A stretch of 64,000 bases of DNA, from the IMG/VR virus record IMGVR_UViG_3300034022_001261; one strand, given 5' to 3'. The translations under genes were made by a program, and so were the position numbers. The DNA is from a virus. Below the pieces are notes generated by a model, which saw only the letters and a program-made list of their open reading frames with translations, had not been told where the DNA came from and ran no database searches. Shown here one piece after another: positions 29,079 through 38,030 of this stretch; within the stretch, counting starts at the first letter, position 1; every line of letters starts with the position of its first letter.

Positions 29079-29239
29079 TGGCAAGCAAAAAGCCAGTTTG
29101 GGATTTACCTAATCCAAAAGCTAAATCTAAAAAGCTTTCTACAAAAAAGAAAGCTTCAGCTAAAGCTATGGCTAAAGCAGCTGGTCGACCATACCCAAAT
29201 TTGATTGACAATATGAGAGCAGCCAAGAAAAAAAAATGA
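29078..29239 (+). CDS. 53-aa basic peptide
   Basis: MASKKPVWDLPNPK...AKAAGRPYPNLIDNMRAAKKKK. Confidence 0.75.
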   Translation: MASKKPVWDLPNPKAKSKKLSTKKKASAKAMAKAAGRPYPNLIDNMRAAKKKK

Positions 29240-29272
29240 TATAATATACCTTGTATAAAAGCAAGGTGTGCT

Positions 29273-29485
29273 ATGTCCGAAGAAAATTCATTTGATGGCT
29301 TTATGCCAATGATAGACGGGGTTAATTTGACCCCGTCTATTTCTATGATAAACACTCAAGGAGACTTGATTAAAGCTCACAGTGTAAAGATAACCACTAG
29401 AGAAGGTGTTGACTTTATCTTTAGTATAGAGACAAATGATCTAATGAGACTATCCTTTCTTATAATGAAAGTAATAAATCAATGA
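29273..29485 (+). CDS. Hypothetical protein
   Basis: 70 aa after TGATATAAT and AAGG. Confidence 0.65.
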   Translation: MSEENSFDGFMPMIDGVNLTPSISMINTQGDLIKAHSVKITTREGVDFIFSIETNDLMRLSFLIMKVINQ

Positions 29486-29552
29486 TAAAATTGTATATGC
29501 TAATAGGCGTTATCATGATGTATGTATCCTTTTTATGGAATAGAGATAAAGA

Positions 29553-29786
29553 ATGAACGAACAAACATGGACATGGTTTTTATTTGCCATGGAATTAATA
29601 GGAGTTTACGGCAGTTATCAGGTCGGAAACAAAAAATGGTATGGCCATATGATTGTGGCATTACATTCTGTTCCTTGGGCAGCTTATTCTATTGTATTTA
29701 ATAAGCCAGGATTTATGGCTATGTGGGTTCTGTGGCAGTGGGTTCACTGGAGAAACATGTTTAGATGGAAAAAAGAAAATGTCTAA
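29553..29786 (+). CDS. Small multi-TM membrane protein (PnuC-like fragment)
   Basis: Trp-rich hydrophobic helices. Confidence 0.55.
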   Translation: MNEQTWTWFLFAMELIGVYGSYQVGNKKWYGHMIVALHSVPWAAYSIVFNKPGFMAMWVLWQWVHWRNMFRWKKENV

Positions 29787-30654
29787 CAAAAAAGTTGTAG
29801 TCATAGGTGCTGGTGGAATAATTGGTCAGCACATGATGCTAAGCCAACCAGATAATATGGATGTGGTTTACACAAGAAGAACTGGTGATGGGGACTGGGT
29901 CCAATTAAATGTTGGGGTAGACGACGTAAGCTCTTGGTTGGATAAACTTAATCCAGATGTCATTGTTAACTTAGCTGGACAAAATATTGTTGACCTAGTT
30001 GAACAAAATCCTGACGCCAGTTCTCTAATCAATATAGATTTACCAATAGAGCTTGGTCAGTGGGCAGATAAGAACAACAAATACCTTATTCAAGGAAGCA
30101 CCCAAGGAATCTTCAGTGGAGATAACCCGGAGTACACTCCGGAGTCAAAGCCTCATCCAGTTACTTGGTATGGAAAACAAAAAGCTGCTGCTGAAAAATT
30201 AGTTTTATTCTTCAATAATTCAGAAGTAGTTAGATTAACTTTTGTTATTGGGGTAAGACCAAATCCTAATGTCGGTCGAAAGAATCCATTAGAAATGATG
30301 ATGGAACAACCTAATCAACTTCAGGTAGATGATCGATTCTTTTCTCCTGTATTTGCACACGACGCTGCTGCAGTTTTATGGGATAGAGTTAATCTCTGTG
30401 GCAGTGATGGAAATAAAATTGTCCACGTAGGAAATCCAATTAGATGTTCAAGATATTCTTTAGCGAGTGACCTAAAGCTAGCTTCTGATGGTAAACTAGA
30501 TATTAATATTGAACCAGTTTCATATACTCATTTTATAAGCGACGTACCTAGACCAAGAGATACTACTTGGAAAGAAGGAACCGCTCTTTATAAGAGTGAT
30601 TATATGGACGGCTTAAAACAATGTTATTTAGAATGGGAAAAATTAAACAAATGA
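29779..30654 (+). CDS. NAD-dependent sugar reductase/epimerase, RmlD-like
   Basis: VVIGAGGIIG, IVNLAG, YGKQK (YxxxK); start 29779. Confidence 0.85.
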   Translation: MSNKKVVVIGAGGIIGQHMMLSQPDNMDVVYTRRTGDGDWVQLNVGVDDVSSWLDKLNPDVIVNLAGQNIVDLVEQNPDASSLINIDLPIELGQWADKNNKYLIQGSTQGIFSGDNPEYTPESKPHPVTWYGKQKAAAEKLVLFFNNSEVVRLTFVIGVRPNPNVGRKNPLEMMMEQPNQLQVDDRFFSPVFAHDAAAVLWDRVNLCGSDGNKIVHVGNPIRCSRYSLASDLKLASDGKLDINIEPVSYTHFISDVPRPRDTTWKEGTALYKSDYMDGLKQCYLEWEKLNK

Positions 30655-31388
30655 ACTTAGAAACACAAGCAAACGATATATCAGAATTCTTAAATGTCCC
30701 GGCAGAAAAAGCTAAAGAACGCTTAGCCTTGGGCTTTCATGCTAACCACCACATGGTCGCAGAAGACTTCACATCCACAAATACGAACGTAGATGATCCA
30801 GACTCTCTATTGAACTGGTACAGAAACACAGATGCATATATTTGGGAGTTGTCCTCATATCATCTAGACGAAGGATTCAACTACAAGGGTATGTGCGAAG
30901 GCATCTCCCTGGGATTGTTCCATTCTGGAAAGAAAGACGTTCTTAGTATTGGCGACGGTATTGGTACGCTCAGCATAAAAATGGCGGAAGAAGGATTAAA
31001 TACCACATACCATGACTTAGAGGGTGGTAAGACTGCCGGATTTGCTCAGCATAGGTTTAGCAAAAAACCAGAATTAAAAATTAATACACTTTTTACCGAT
31101 AACTTCATTCCCAAGTTAGGAACTAAGGCTTTCGATGCCGTAGTTGCTCTTGACTTCTTGGAACATGTTGTTAACGTAGAAGAATGGGCTATGGCTATCT
31201 TCAAGTGCCTTAAGAAAGACGGAGTTTTTATAGCACAAAACGCATTTGCTATCGGAGATGCAGAGCATGGAAACTCTATCCCTATGCACTTGTCCGTTAA
31301 CAACAAGTACGAAACAGAATGGATACCCACGATGCAGAGAATAGGTTTTGTTCTACATGACAATCAGCAGTGGTGGATCAAGCCGTGA
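30651..31388 (+). CDS. Class I SAM-dependent methyltransferase
   Basis: VLSIGDGIG, FDAVVALDFLEHV, LKKDG. Confidence 0.85.
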   Translation: MNLETQANDISEFLNVPAEKAKERLALGFHANHHMVAEDFTSTNTNVDDPDSLLNWYRNTDAYIWELSSYHLDEGFNYKGMCEGISLGLFHSGKKDVLSIGDGIGTLSIKMAEEGLNTTYHDLEGGKTAGFAQHRFSKKPELKINTLFTDNFIPKLGTKAFDAVVALDFLEHVVNVEEWAMAIFKCLKKDGVFIAQNAFAIGDAEHGNSIPMHLSVNNKYETEWIPTMQRIGFVLHDNQQWWIKP

Positions 31389-32245
31389 GATTAGATTTAG
31401 GTATCTCTAATTATAATTATCCAGAAAAGCTAGACGAATGCCTAACAGCATTAAGACGCAACAGCACTACTGACTGGAGATGTTTAGTCGTAGATAATAT
31501 GTCGACTGACCCTAAGGTAAAAGAAGTGCTTGAGCGTCACGCAAGTGAAGAGCCAAGAATCATACCTCGATATATGACCTCTAATACAGGCTATGTGGGT
31601 GCGGTAAACGAGCTGTTAGCTTGGGCGGAAACTAATAACGTAGGATATCTAGACAACGATGCGTATGTTAGAACTCACGGTTGGGATGAAAAATTAGCTA
31701 GCTATTTAGAATCTAACCATGAAGTAGCAATGGCTTTCCCTAATGGTGGGGCTTACCCAATCCAACGTGCTAGATACATGGAAATACTTTGGGGCGTTGG
31801 ATTCTGTTGGATTCTAAATCGCCAGCGATACAAAGAGATCGGTGGATTTGATACTGAGATTGGGCACCAAGAAGAAGTAGATTTCCAAACTAGAATAAGA
31901 TTAGGTGGCTGGAAAATAGTAGCTGATCCATCAGTTCAAGTTTCACACGATGCTAATAGTACTAGGAATCCAGACGCTCAGGAAAGAATCAATGCCGGCG
32001 TTGTCAACTGGGTTAATAAATGGAACAAATACTTTGTAGGTCCACACGTAACTTACCATAGCCCTAATGTAACTAGATTTGAAGATTGGACTGCTCCCTA
32101 CATGGAAGAGTGGTATCAACTACAGCCAGAACTTCAGGGTTTAAACGAAAATCCCGAAACAGTTTATATAGCAGCCTTAGGACGTGAAGTAGATCTTATT
32201 AAGGTTCCACGTTGGCAAAATTTATATAGAGGAAGAATTATTTAA
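31385..32245 (+). CDS. Glycosyltransferase family 2
   Basis: ISNYN, VVDNMSTD, NTGYVGAVN, YLDND, IGGFD, EEVDF. Confidence 0.85.
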   Translation: MRLDLGISNYNYPEKLDECLTALRRNSTTDWRCLVVDNMSTDPKVKEVLERHASEEPRIIPRYMTSNTGYVGAVNELLAWAETNNVGYLDNDAYVRTHGWDEKLASYLESNHEVAMAFPNGGAYPIQRARYMEILWGVGFCWILNRQRYKEIGGFDTEIGHQEEVDFQTRIRLGGWKIVADPSVQVSHDANSTRNPDAQERINAGVVNWVNKWNKYFVGPHVTYHSPNVTRFEDWTAPYMEEWYQLQPELQGLNENPETVYIAALGREVDLIKVPRWQNLYRGRII

Positions 32246-32784
32246 TGAGATTAGAAACTATCCCACAAGGAGATGGAATCAAAGTAGTCATTGGTACTAG
32301 GACTTACCTAGGACCAGATTGGACTCATATTGATATCGATCCAACTCCACTATATGATCATGTTAACAAGAGAACTGTTCCAGTGGATGTTGTATGTGAT
32401 GCACGAAAGATTGACCTTCCAGATAATTACGCTGACATTGTATATAACTCAGAATGTCTAGAGCATTTCCCCTGGAAAGAATACCAAGCTGTCTTGGCTG
32501 AATGGTGCAGAATTGTTAAACCCGGTGGTATGATTAGAATTGAAGTTCCAGACTTCCTACTAGCTTGTCAGCAGATATTAACTATGGACTCATTGGATGG
32601 AGACAGAAGAATGCAACAGATATTCTTTGCTGAGCAGTTGAATCCATTTGACTTTCACTTTGTGGGGTTAACTCACAGAATGCTACAGGATGATTTTGAT
32701 CGCATGGGATTTGAGGTCATTGACATTAAAAGAGGCAGCGACTGGGGATGGCTTAAGGTTGACGCAATTAAACCATTGAGCTAA
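32245..32784 (+). CDS. SAM-dependent methyltransferase (type 11-like)
   Basis: WTHID, CLEHFP, EWCRIVKPGGMIRIEVPD. Confidence 0.85.
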   Translation: MRLETIPQGDGIKVVIGTRTYLGPDWTHIDIDPTPLYDHVNKRTVPVDVVCDARKIDLPDNYADIVYNSECLEHFPWKEYQAVLAEWCRIVKPGGMIRIEVPDFLLACQQILTMDSLDGDRRMQQIFFAEQLNPFDFHFVGLTHRMLQDDFDRMGFEVIDIKRGSDWGWLKVDAIKPLS

Positions 32785-32791
32785 TAGATGG

Positions 32792-33250
32792 ATGAATAAT
32801 CACTTTCTCGCACACATAATAAGAGACGTATTTCCTAAAGCAAATTTTACAATTATCTATGGAGAAGATCGTAATCTCCAAGAAGTATTGGCGACTCCAG
32901 AACATAGTATTGGTGCTTTCCAGCTACATACTGAAAGAGGTCCAGATAAAGATTCTTTTGAATATAGATTTTGGGAGATTGGATTAAATGATCCATACCT
33001 TGATTACGGGGATGCAGATTTATTTATTTCTATAAACTATAATCCATCAACTTATGACTCCAATACTGAAACTATAGCTTTTCAAATTAAGAATTTATTA
33101 AAGCCTGGTGGAAAAGCTCTTATTATAAATCCTGGCAATTGGGCTAAAGACTTTAAAAGAATTTTCCAAATAGACGGATTTGCCACAAGAGAGATAATGA
33201 GATTTTCAATGCTCCAGAACGAAAGTGTTTTAGTATATGAAAATATATGA
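32792..33250 (+). CDS. Hypothetical protein, methyltransferase-like C-terminus
   Basis: LLKPGG motif only. Confidence 0.5.
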   Translation: MNNHFLAHIIRDVFPKANFTIIYGEDRNLQEVLATPEHSIGAFQLHTERGPDKDSFEYRFWEIGLNDPYLDYGDADLFISINYNPSTYDSNTETIAFQIKNLLKPGGKALIINPGNWAKDFKRIFQIDGFATREIMRFSMLQNESVLVYENI

Positions 33251-33980
33251 TTGCTTTACGTACTACAACGAAGAAGATATGATACAGATTAGGTTTGAAG
33301 AACTTGGTGATGTAGTAGACTATTTTGTAGTGGTAGAATCTTCTCAAACCTTTACCGGAAAACCTAAGCCGTTTTACTTTGATGATCTTCCTAATTGGGT
33401 AAACCAATGGAAAGAAAAGATTATTAGGATTAAAATTGATTTCCCTGATGACCTAAAAACTTCATGGGAAAGAGAGTTCTACCAAAGAAACGCTATTTCT
33501 CAAATTGTAGATAGACTAGATAATTCAGATGTAGTTCTTATATCGGATGCGGATGAAATAGTTAAGTCATCTTTATTAAAGAAAATAACTGACCACAGAA
33601 TACCAGCAAGAATAGATGTTAAGCAGTATTTTTGGAACTTCAACTGGCAAGTTCCGCCTCATTGTGATCAGGGTGCTAGACCGGTTGTCTGTGCAAAAAG
33701 TAGTTTAAAAAAGAATACTCCACAAGAGTTAAGGGGTATGAACCTACCTGTTATACCAGATGGTGGCTGGCATTTTTCATTCTTTGGAGAATCTGATAAG
33801 ATAAGAAATAAAATAGAATCCTTTGCTCATACCGAATATGACTCAGAGGAATATAAAAATAGCGAAGCTATATTATATAGAATAGAAAATGGCATAGATC
33901 CATTTGATAGGTTCCCGTTAAAGTATTATTGGGTAGATGACTCGTATCCTGAATGCATCTTGCCTGATTATCCAGGTTAA
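33237..33980 (+). CDS. Glycosyltransferase family 17-like (GlcNAc transferase)
   Basis: KIYDCFTYYNE..IRFEEL, FVVVES..FTGKPKP, EFYQRN, SDADEI, GGWHFS. Confidence 0.85.
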   Translation: MKIYDCFTYYNEEDMIQIRFEELGDVVDYFVVVESSQTFTGKPKPFYFDDLPNWVNQWKEKIIRIKIDFPDDLKTSWEREFYQRNAISQIVDRLDNSDVVLISDADEIVKSSLLKKITDHRIPARIDVKQYFWNFNWQVPPHCDQGARPVVCAKSSLKKNTPQELRGMNLPVIPDGGWHFSFFGESDKIRNKIESFAHTEYDSEEYKNSEAILYRIENGIDPFDRFPLKYYWVDDSYPECILPDYPG

Positions 33981-33996
33981 ATACTGAATTAAGTCT

Positions 33997-34004
33997 TTAC
34001 TATA
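33997..34004 (+). promoter_or_regulatory. Late promoter motif TTACTATA (endolysin)
   Basis: Recurrent motif; AGGAG RBS before 34035. Confidence 0.6.
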
Positions 34005-34034
34005 TGGGTATATATCTAATATAGGAGAAAAAAA

Positions 34035-34562
34035 ATGCCAAGAAAATACCCTTACTACCCTTCGTTTGACGGTAAAAAAGCTCAGCCGGGAACAGTGAAA
34101 CTCGTTGAACTGTGCGGAAAGCGTTGGAAGGCAACTAACATGGGAATCTACGCTGCTCGTTTAATGCGTAACTCTCACACCGCAGGCAAGAAAATGAGCG
34201 ACCCGGGAATGGAAAAGTACATGAGCGTTCATGCCACTGGAGCCGCGTGTGACGTCGGTTACTCTGATCGCAAGGTTGGCGTGGCAATGTGGGACTGGTT
34301 CCTCGCAAACGCAGAAGCTCTTGGAATTGTTGAAATCCACGACTATGCATATGATGCAACCGCGACAGATAAAAAACCAGGCTACGGCCGTGGATTCCGT
34401 TGCTCACGTGGTGAAGGCGCCAAGGGGGTCAAGATTTTTACAGCTGATGACAACGCTGGCTCCTTTGGTGGAAAGTGGCTGCACATCGAGCTTGATCAGG
34501 AAATGGCAAAAGATGCCGCTAAGTTTGAGGCTGCTTGGAGAGCAATTCCTAAGCCAGCCTGA
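34035..34562 (+). CDS. Endolysin, peptidase M15-like
   Basis: SVHATGAACDV (SxHxxGxAxD) and WLHIE Zn motifs. Confidence 0.75.
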   Translation: MPRKYPYYPSFDGKKAQPGTVKLVELCGKRWKATNMGIYAARLMRNSHTAGKKMSDPGMEKYMSVHATGAACDVGYSDRKVGVAMWDWFLANAEALGIVEIHDYAYDATATDKKPGYGRGFRCSRGEGAKGVKIFTADDNAGSFGGKWLHIELDQEMAKDAAKFEAAWRAIPKPA

Positions 34563-34597
34563 TATAATATATTTCCTTGCAACGGAGGCATATGATT

Positions 34598-34627
34598 AGA
34601 CCCTAGCTTAACAGCTGGGGTCTTTTC
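34598..34627 (+). terminator. Intrinsic terminator
   Basis: AGACCCTAGCT-TAAC-AGCTGGGGTCT plus TTT. Confidence 0.75.
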
Positions 34628-34659
34628 TATTTGGCCGCCGCATTATTAGGTTTTCCTCA

Positions 34660-34667
34660 TTACTATA
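34660..34667 (+). promoter_or_regulatory. Late promoter motif TTACTATA
   Basis: Recurrent motif upstream of 34677. Confidence 0.55.
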
Positions 34668-34676
34668 ACTAGTGAT

Positions 34677-37600
34677 TTGATGGAGGGCTTCAAATTGCAA
34701 TTTAAACCACGAAAAGGATCTTGGATCCTTCTATTTCTATTTATGATAGCTTGGGTTTCCCCAATAACAGCAAGGGCTACAGGTAGTTCTGTATCTATAC
34801 CAAATGCTGGATTTGAAGACGGCACGCTAACTGGCTGGTCTAGAGGGTCACAAACTGGAACACTTGGCACTTCAATTAACGGTGGCGGAACTGGTGTAAC
34901 AATATTCAATGGCTCTAGAACATTTACCCATGGCGCAAATGGAGCAATGGGGAGCCCAACGATTACCAGGGTAATCCCAAACACCTCTCCTGCACAATAC
35001 GAAACAATCGACAATCCTTACTATGCTTCAGCAGTTGCTGCAGGCAGCTGGACTTTTTCTCCAAATGGCGGAACATATGCTGTTGCCCTGCAGCCAAAAG
35101 GTGAGCAAACGTTTACTCAAGCTACTGCAGCACTTGGTCTTTCTGCAACTCAAACATCTCAGATAACAACAATGCTGTCGTCACAAGCACAGGCATCTGG
35201 TTTTGGCGGTGGCAATCCAACTGATGCAGCATGGATTACTCGTGAAGTTCAATTAACTGCTGGTATTACATACACAATGTCTTGGAACTATATGGCAACT
35301 GACTACGTTCCATTTAATGATGGATCTATTACGTCTCTTATTCCTGTCACCGTTGCGTCGACTCCAGCAATCACAGTTAATAACTTTAATCAGTCGTACG
35401 CACTGTTAGGATTTTCTAACCCTGGCACAGGTGACTACTCGACAAACTCCTACGGTGCTACTGGTTGGCAAGTATCAACATATAAAGTATCTGTTACTGG
35501 AACTTATAAATTAGGCTTTACATCGTTCAACTTGGATGACCAAGGATTGCCACCGGTGCTGATGGTTGATGACCAAATAGGAACAACACTGTCTTGCAAT
35601 CAATCTGGTGGTTCATGTGCGGTCTTTGGTGGAGTTGAGCCAAACAATGAAACAGCTCCAACAGCTCCACCGACCACGACAACAACGTCTACCTCGACAA
35701 CGACCACAACTGTTGCTCCATACTTAAACTCGGTTACGGACCTGACTGCAACTTCAAACGCAGACGGAAGTGTGGACCTCGACTGGGACGCACCAACATC
35801 AAGCAATGTTGATATCTACGGGTATGCTGTGACCTTCTATGACTTAGATGAAATTGATGGAACACAGTCGGGTGGTTGGGGAGTTTCAACGAACCAAGGA
35901 ACCAACTACTCCTTAAGTACGGAAATGTTTTCTGGTAGCAATCCTGTCACGACAGGTTACGGACCTGTTCGCTTTGGTATTAAGGCGGGAAATCAAAGTT
36001 GTTTCTCTAGTGAAGGCGTAGGCCCATGTGTGCATGGACCGGAAATAACTGTTGATGCAACAGTTATCAACCCAAATCCGACTACTACGGAACCAGCGGT
36101 TGTCCCCCCTCCTGTTGAAACTATTCCAACAGAAAACACTACTGTTCCAATTCCTGAACTAGGACCAACAGTTACAACGATTTCCCCGCCTACAACAACT
36201 GTTATAGAAACAATATTTGGGCCAATAGATACGCCAGATAATAATCTAGACCCAGTAACAACTCCAGAAATTGATCCAACTCCAGAGATAATAGTTCCTA
36301 AAGATACTCAAGACGCTGCAGACGCTGCAGTAGAAGACATCTTTGATGGTCCTATGTCAAATGGAAATCTAGCAAACGCTGTTGATGACCTAATCGCAGA
36401 TGCTGGTACGGCTGAAGAAATAACAGCAGTAGTTGGCTCTCTTTTGGACCAAGAGCTCTCAGATACTCAGTTCGCTACTGTTATAGATTCTGTGTTTGAT
36501 GGACCTATGTCTAACGAAAACTTTGCTGCTGCAGTAGACGCAGTATTTGAAGACCCAACTCAACTATCTGATGCACAGTTTGAAGACGCTGTTACCGCAG
36601 TATTTGATGGTCCACTATCTGATGCTCAGTTCGACGACGCAGTTACAGCTATATTTGAAGATGTTAAAACTCTGAGCGATGAACAGTTTGACACTGCAGT
36701 GCAAGCAGTCTTTGAGGAGCCATTATCTACAGAACAATTCAGTGCCGCATTGGACAATATCTTTGATGAACCTATTTCGGATGAAAAATTTGATTCTGTT
36801 ATTGATTCAGTCTTAGATGCCCCGATATCAAATGAGCAGTTTGAAGAATTGGTTGGAGTCTTAGAATCAGACACCATAACAGAAGACCAGGTTGCAGCTG
36901 CGGTTGATTCGGTTATTGAAAACGGCGTTACCGAAGACCAGGCCACCGACCTTGCTACCAGCGATAAAGTCTTGGAGAGCATTGACACAGATCAGGCAGC
37001 TGAAATCTTTGATGCTATCCCAGTGGGAGAACTGTCCACGCAAGAAGAGGCAGCCTTGGTAGCTGCAGTTTCCGATGCCCCAGACGAAATTAAAGATGAA
37101 TTTGAAACTCAAATTGACGTTTATGGCGAGGGTCTTGATGACTATGTACCAACTGGATCTCAGGTAGACGTAGGATCTCGTAGAACTCTCTTGGCTGCCA
37201 CTGCAGCCCTATCAGCAGCCACAGTGGGCATGGGAGCAGGAACTGGGTCATCTGGTCCAACAGGGGGTTCTGGAGGCTCTGGAGGCTCTGGAGGCGGTTC
37301 AGGGGGCTCTGGTGGCTCTGGTGGCTCTGGCGGGGGTCCTGGTGATGGCAGCAATAGCAACGGCCGCAAGGAAGACGAGAACCCAGAAGGCGAAGAAGAA
37401 GAGGACACTGAAATAGAGGGTCCCGAAGATCAAGAAGATAACCACTTCACAAGAAACAGTATATTTAAATACGAGGAGGAAACAATGAAAAGGAAATTTA
37501 GTCCATGGGGCTTTATTAAAAAATTCTCAAGGGAGACTTCAGCACTGGCTTTTACCATTTCAGGTAGCGTCGTAGTGTTTGCAACCCTCTCTGGAGAAAC

Positions 37601-37682
37601 GAGAAAGATTACAATTATAGCTACAGGTTGTGCCTTCTTGGTCCATTACATTCACGCTATGATTAAAAATGATGAGGATTAA
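34677..37682 (+). CDS. Large secreted, C-terminally membrane-anchored surface protein
   Basis: Signal-peptide-like N-terminus, beta-rich domain, P/T linkers, FN3-like segment (WDAP..YGY), acidic helical repeats (VFDGPLSDAQF), GGS linker, two C-terminal TM helices. Confidence 0.8.
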   Translation: MMEGFKLQFKPRKGSWILLFLFMIAWVSPITARATGSSVSIPNAGFEDGTLTGWSRGSQTGTLGTSINGGGTGVTIFNGSRTFTHGANGAMGSPTITRVIPNTSPAQYETIDNPYYASAVAAGSWTFSPNGGTYAVALQPKGEQTFTQATAALGLSATQTSQITTMLSSQAQASGFGGGNPTDAAWITREVQLTAGITYTMSWNYMATDYVPFNDGSITSLIPVTVASTPAITVNNFNQSYALLGFSNPGTGDYSTNSYGATGWQVSTYKVSVTGTYKLGFTSFNLDDQGLPPVLMVDDQIGTTLSCNQSGGSCAVFGGVEPNNETAPTAPPTTTTTSTSTTTTTVAPYLNSVTDLTATSNADGSVDLDWDAPTSSNVDIYGYAVTFYDLDEIDGTQSGGWGVSTNQGTNYSLSTEMFSGSNPVTTGYGPVRFGIKAGNQSCFSSEGVGPCVHGPEITVDATVINPNPTTTEPAVVPPPVETIPTENTTVPIPELGPTVTTISPPTTTVIETIFGPIDTPDNNLDPVTTPEIDPTPEIIVPKDTQDAADAAVEDIFDGPMSNGNLANAVDDLIADAGTAEEITAVVGSLLDQELSDTQFATVIDSVFDGPMSNENFAAAVDAVFEDPTQLSDAQFEDAVTAVFDGPLSDAQFDDAVTAIFEDVKTLSDEQFDTAVQAVFEEPLSTEQFSAALDNIFDEPISDEKFDSVIDSVLDAPISNEQFEELVGVLESDTITEDQVAAAVDSVIENGVTEDQATDLATSDKVLESIDTDQAAEIFDAIPVGELSTQEEAALVAAVSDAPDEIKDEFETQIDVYGEGLDDYVPTGSQVDVGSRRTLLAATAALSAATVGMGAGTGSSGPTGGSGGSGGSGGGSGGSGGSGGSGGGPGDGSNSNGRKEDENPEGEEEEDTEIEGPEDQEDNHFTRNSIFKYEEETMKRKFSPWGFIKKFSRETSALAFTISGSVVVFATLSGETRKITIIATGCAFLVHYIHAMIKNDED
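37260..37345 (+). repeat. 9-bp tandem repeats encoding a (GGS)n linker
   Basis: GGCTCTGGA / GGCTCTGGT units. Confidence 0.8.
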
Positions 37683-37925
37683 ATGAAGACCACTTATAAT
37701 ATAATCCTAAGAATTGTAGCAACGTTTGCTGCTTCTGGCCTGAGCGTTATAGGTGCTGGTGCAATAGCTGGCGTTTCCCTATGGAAAGCTTGTTTTATGG
37801 CTGGTATGGCTGGAGTCGCCACAGTAGTAGAAGGTTTATCTAGGGCATTCTTGGATGACGGCAAGTTAACCTCTACTGAAATCAATCAAGTTTTTACTAA
37901 AGTAGACAAAAAAGCTCAGGCTTAA
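37683..37925 (+). CDS. Small membrane protein, holin-like
   Basis: Gly/Ala-rich hydrophobic helices, LDDGKL C-terminus. Confidence 0.55.
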   Translation: MKTTYNIILRIVATFAASGLSVIGAGAIAGVSLWKACFMAGMAGVATVVEGLSRAFLDDGKLTSTEINQVFTKVDKKAQA

Positions 37926-37968
37926 ATCATTTAATTATATGAGTTCTGAATATTAATAGCTAAAACAA

Positions 37969-37976
37969 TTACTATA
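37969..37976 (+). promoter_or_regulatory. Late promoter motif TTACTATA
   Basis: Upstream of tail-fibre gene; GAGG RBS. Confidence 0.6.
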
Positions 37977-38030
37977 TAGCTATGTTCCAGCCCTTATATT
38001 TAGGGCCAATTATCTCAAGAGGATACATTA

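Noticed and set aside
27417-29355. Minus-strand ORFs over the basic-peptide array (27417, 27844, 28359, 28669, 28987)
   Set aside because: Phe/Leu-rich shadows of the Lys-rich + strand peptides, which show coupling and RBSs.
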